Source: Paraspadella gotoi
Lineage: Eukaryota; Animalia; Chaetognatha
Assembly: GCA_051294375.1 (NCBI GenBank)
Contig: CM119269.1
Span: 13,740,433 to 13,751,558 of the forward strand
Length of the DNA stretch: 11,126 bases
Direction of reading: 5' to 3'
How positions within the stretch are numbered: position 1 is the first letter of the stretch; each line of letters opens with the position of its first letter. Below, piece by piece: positions 10,370 through 11,126 of this stretch. The position numbers and the translations under genes were made by a program. The notes beneath the pieces were generated by a model. That model saw nothing but the letters and a program-made list of their open reading frames with translations. It ran no database searches and was not told the origin of the DNA.

Positions 10370-10845
10370 GCTGACGCCAAAGTGACGTTGCCGTCGTCGT
10401 CGTCGTGATCCGACGCCACGACTGTATCGTTAGAGGCGCGCACGGAGTCGTCTTCATCGTCGTCGTCGTCGTCGTCGTCTTCCGCGGAAACTGAGGATGT
10501 ATCATTGGCCGCGGCGTCGTCGACTTCGGTCGTGGCGTCGTCTTCGGCGTCACCGGCGTCGTTTTGAGCGTTCGTGCCGTTGACAGCATTATCGGCGTTG
10601 TCGTCTTCCTCGTCGTCCTCATCGGCGTCGTTGTCGTCGTCCAGGGCGTCGTCCTTCAAAGCGGCGTTGTCGGCCGCGTCTTCCCCGGCGTCATCCTTTA
10701 AGGCGGCGTCATCGGTTTCGTCGTCCCCGGCGGCGGCGTCATTCTGCAGATCCTCTCCGTCCTTCAAAGCGGCGGCGTTGGCGGTGGAAAGAAGGGCGAA
10801 CGCCAAGGTCAGCAGCAGGAGCCACCGACGCAGCGCCGGCCGCAT
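2198..10845 (-). CDS. Multi-exon gene for an Asp-rich immunoglobulin-superfamily cell-surface or secreted glycoprotein (signal peptide, acidic domain, Ig, Ig, FN3-like, probable acidic stalk); Klingon/Wrapper/Lachesin-like; 3' end uncertain
   Basis: Exons 1-5 join GT-AG in phases 1,1,0,0 into 1269 nt (423 codons) without a stop. Ig hallmarks: LEC..W..DEGNYTC and IEC..GYPQP.VDW..DAGKYMC. The family assignment rests on recalled similarity to Drosophila Klingon, not on a search. Orthology is not established, so no symbol is given. Confidence 0.8.
2286..3730. repeat. Copy B of the direct duplication, contiguous with the upstream exons
   Basis: See copy A. Longer than copy A through scattered insertions, especially ~2590-2880. 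Confidence 0.85.
3089..3447 (-). CDS. Putative exon 8 (acidic low-complexity stalk), frame-corrupted; duplicate at ~1510-1877
   Basis: The acceptor gttctcactttt(t)cag is present in both copies (3448, 1878) and a GT lies at the equivalent position (3088, 1509). Fragments: EKKETDD, PKEATEAD, SNQLESNRS, EGAAQGLA. No single clean frame. Confidence 0.3.
3613..4203 (-). CDS. Putative exon 7 (rest of the FN3-like domain plus acidic linker), heavily frame-corrupted; could be more than one exon
   Basis: Acceptor ttttcatttag at 4204. FN3-like fragments occur in order across shifting frames: EIL.PYRVEGQK, KVW, ILTLTP, RDLPATAHY, N...LGSFSNP. Copy A reads EANFPIGPTSPKVDQTSNRELKQRNY before a GT at 2034 (equivalent to 3612). 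Confidence 0.3.
4012..4070. repeat. (CT)n microsatellite, possibly a mis-called GAC-type repeat
   Basis: About 29 CT units with one interruption, inside the putative exon 7 region. Confidence 0.8.
4589..4638. repeat. 9-bp tandem repeat (CGCTTCTTC)x3 plus degenerate copies
   Basis: cgcttcttc cgcttcttc cgcttcttc cgcttcttt cttttcttccgctt. Confidence 0.85.
5511..5633 (-). CDS. Exon 6: end of Ig2 and start of the FN3-like domain (..VGR..PTDLTIVSPTLGPKSASYDLVFAVRTEAPLD)
   Basis: Long CT tract plus ccccagcaacag acceptor, and a consensus AG|gtgagt donor at 5510. The peptide resembles the recalled Klingon FN3 start (GRP..EFYSP.WG.SP.SYNLTW.IDSYPPL). The FN3 frame needs phase 2 but exon 5 ends in phase 0, so an indel is implied. 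Confidence 0.65.
5646..5799. repeat. Imperfect (GA)n tract in intron 5
   Basis: Almost pure G/A. It forms the polypyrimidine tract of exon 6 on the minus strand. Confidence 0.9.
5951..6094 (-). CDS. Exon 5 (144 nt, phase 0-0): C-terminal half of Ig2, VDWAMINGMIPTNVIRGNKLVFESVTKADAGKYMCIAKSGDNGRAKQK
   Basis: Acceptor aatccag|GTG, donor AAA|gtgggt. Contains the C-strand Trp and the DxGxYxC motif. Confidence 0.92.
6843..6938. repeat. Imperfect (CTTT)n microsatellite in intron 4
   Basis: Repeated ctttcttt units with T-run interruptions. Confidence 0.85.
7124..7330 (-). CDS. Exon 4 (207 nt, phase 0-0): VDASDDDDDDEKDDQADDDDDDDVAATLVHTLTVWSTPTIKIKPKTKLFKKIGSQVEIECVTGGYPQPR (poly-Asp loop, Ig1 G strand, first half of Ig2)
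   Basis: Acceptor cacattttag|GTT, donor AGG|gtatta. Open frame with I-set motif G..V.I.C...GYP.P. In phase with exons 3 and 5; not in the ORF track. Confidence 0.9.
7548..7644. repeat. Degenerate 39-bp tandem repeat overlapping the exon 3 donor
   Basis: CGCCTGACAA at 7555, 7594 and 7633 (period 39). A second CGCCTGAT occurs at 7568 and 7607. Confidence 0.75.
7633..7904 (-). CDS. Exon 3 (272 nt, phase 1-0): NLGSHKLKWFLNGQDESEESDSAPENANSTSAESDPASAKSDPASAESDPASAESHPASASRRSFKESENKIVLIIDDVRVEDEGNYTCQA (Ig1 core with insert)
   Basis: Acceptor tcctctttccag|AT, donor GCG|gtgagt. Ig Trp, L.I..V..EDEGNYTC motif and an open frame different from the two listed ORFs here. Confidence 0.92.
7727..7817 (-). 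repeat. Coding 21-bp tandem repeat (~4 copies) encoding SAESDPA
   Basis: Plus-strand unit CCGACTCTGCCGACGCGGGAT, with only a few substitutions between copies. Confidence 0.92.
8341..8447. repeat. Imperfect (TC)n tract in intron 2
   Basis: CT-dominated low-complexity sequence. It explains ORFs 8159-8488, 8177-8734 and 8259-8615. Confidence 0.85.
9228..9320. repeat. (TTTC)n microsatellite abutting the exon 2 donor, with a T-rich extension back to ~9040
   Basis: About 20 TTTC units. Confidence 0.92.
9324..9416 (-). CDS. Exon 2 (93 nt, phase 1-1): DPPPPAIRFTTKRSFHRLKIGSTARLECEAE (Ig1 A-B strands)
   Basis: Acceptor tttctttgaatgcag|AT, donor AAA|gtaaga. G..A.L.C motif. Junction codons G|AT (Asp) and A|AT (Asn) give CEAENLG. 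Confidence 0.92.
9496..9690. other. Assembly gap (195 N) inside intron 1
   Basis: Run of N. A phase 1-1 exon hidden here cannot be excluded. Confidence 0.99.
10166..10240. repeat. Compound (GATA)n/(GACA)n microsatellite in intron 1
   Basis: tagatagatagatagacagaccgatagatagatagatagatagacagacaga...gacagacagacaga. Confidence 0.9.
10293..10845 (-). CDS. First coding exon (553 nt, ends phase 1): signal peptide MRPALRRWLLLLTLAFALLSTANA plus ~160-aa Asp/Ala-rich domain
   Basis: ATG in an AAAATG context. Basic n-region, hydrophobic h-region and A-N-A cleavage site. GC-rich coding composition drops at the AAG|gtggga donor (10292), and the phase matches exon 2. Confidence 0.9.
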
Positions 10846-10980
10846 TTTTAGAGGTTTTTTTTTATTTTTTATTTTTAAATGCGAAAGTTTATCGATTTAA
10901 AATATATATAAAATTTTGTTTATAGCTTAAACATTAATCCCATTTCTATTTCAGGCGCCCGACGGTCTTTTTTCGCGCCC
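10846..10980 (-). promoter_or_regulatory. AT-rich 5' flank with candidate core motifs: DRE-like TATCGATT (10890-10897), TATAAA (minus, ~10918-10923), E2F-like TTTCGCGC (10971-10978)
   Basis: Short motif matches only. The transcription start is unknown and the region may be 5' UTR or intron. Confidence 0.15.
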
Positions 10981-11126
10981 TTGATACAAAAAAAAAATAA
11001 GGAAATTAAAACCGAAAAAGTTTGAGAATTAAATTTAAAAAAAAAAAATCCGGGATCGATTCAGGTTATAACTCGCTTATCTTCGGCCATCACTTTTTTT
11101 TTCACGATTTTTTTGGTTACCATCGT

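Noticed and set aside
10278-10900. Thr-rich mucin-like ORF (10278-10622) and Ser/Ala ORF (10574-10900)
   Set aside because: Shifted-frame and antisense readings of the GAC-rich exon 1.

Overview
Eukaryotic genomic DNA with spliceosomal introns, dense microsatellites and three N gaps. The composition fits an arthropod, plausibly a decapod crustacean, but that is inference. The window is dominated by one multi-exon gene on the minus strand that the ORF track only catches in fragments. Exons 1-5 (10845-10293, 9416-9324, 7904-7633, 7330-7124, 6094-5951) splice GT-AG with matching phases into 423 stop-free codons: a signal peptide, a ~160-aa Asp-rich domain, then two Ig domains. Exon 6 (5633-5511) starts an FN3-like domain resembling Klingon/Wrapper-type IgSF adhesion proteins. 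The protein is unusual: acidic inserts lie inside Ig1, Ig2 has a strongly basic strand, and there seem to be only two Ig domains before the FN3. The 3' part of the gene (below ~5640) is indel-ridden and partly present twice across a 25-N gap, most likely an assembly artefact. The window starts with a 55-bp minisatellite. No tRNA, rRNA, CRISPR array or recognisable transposon ORF was found.
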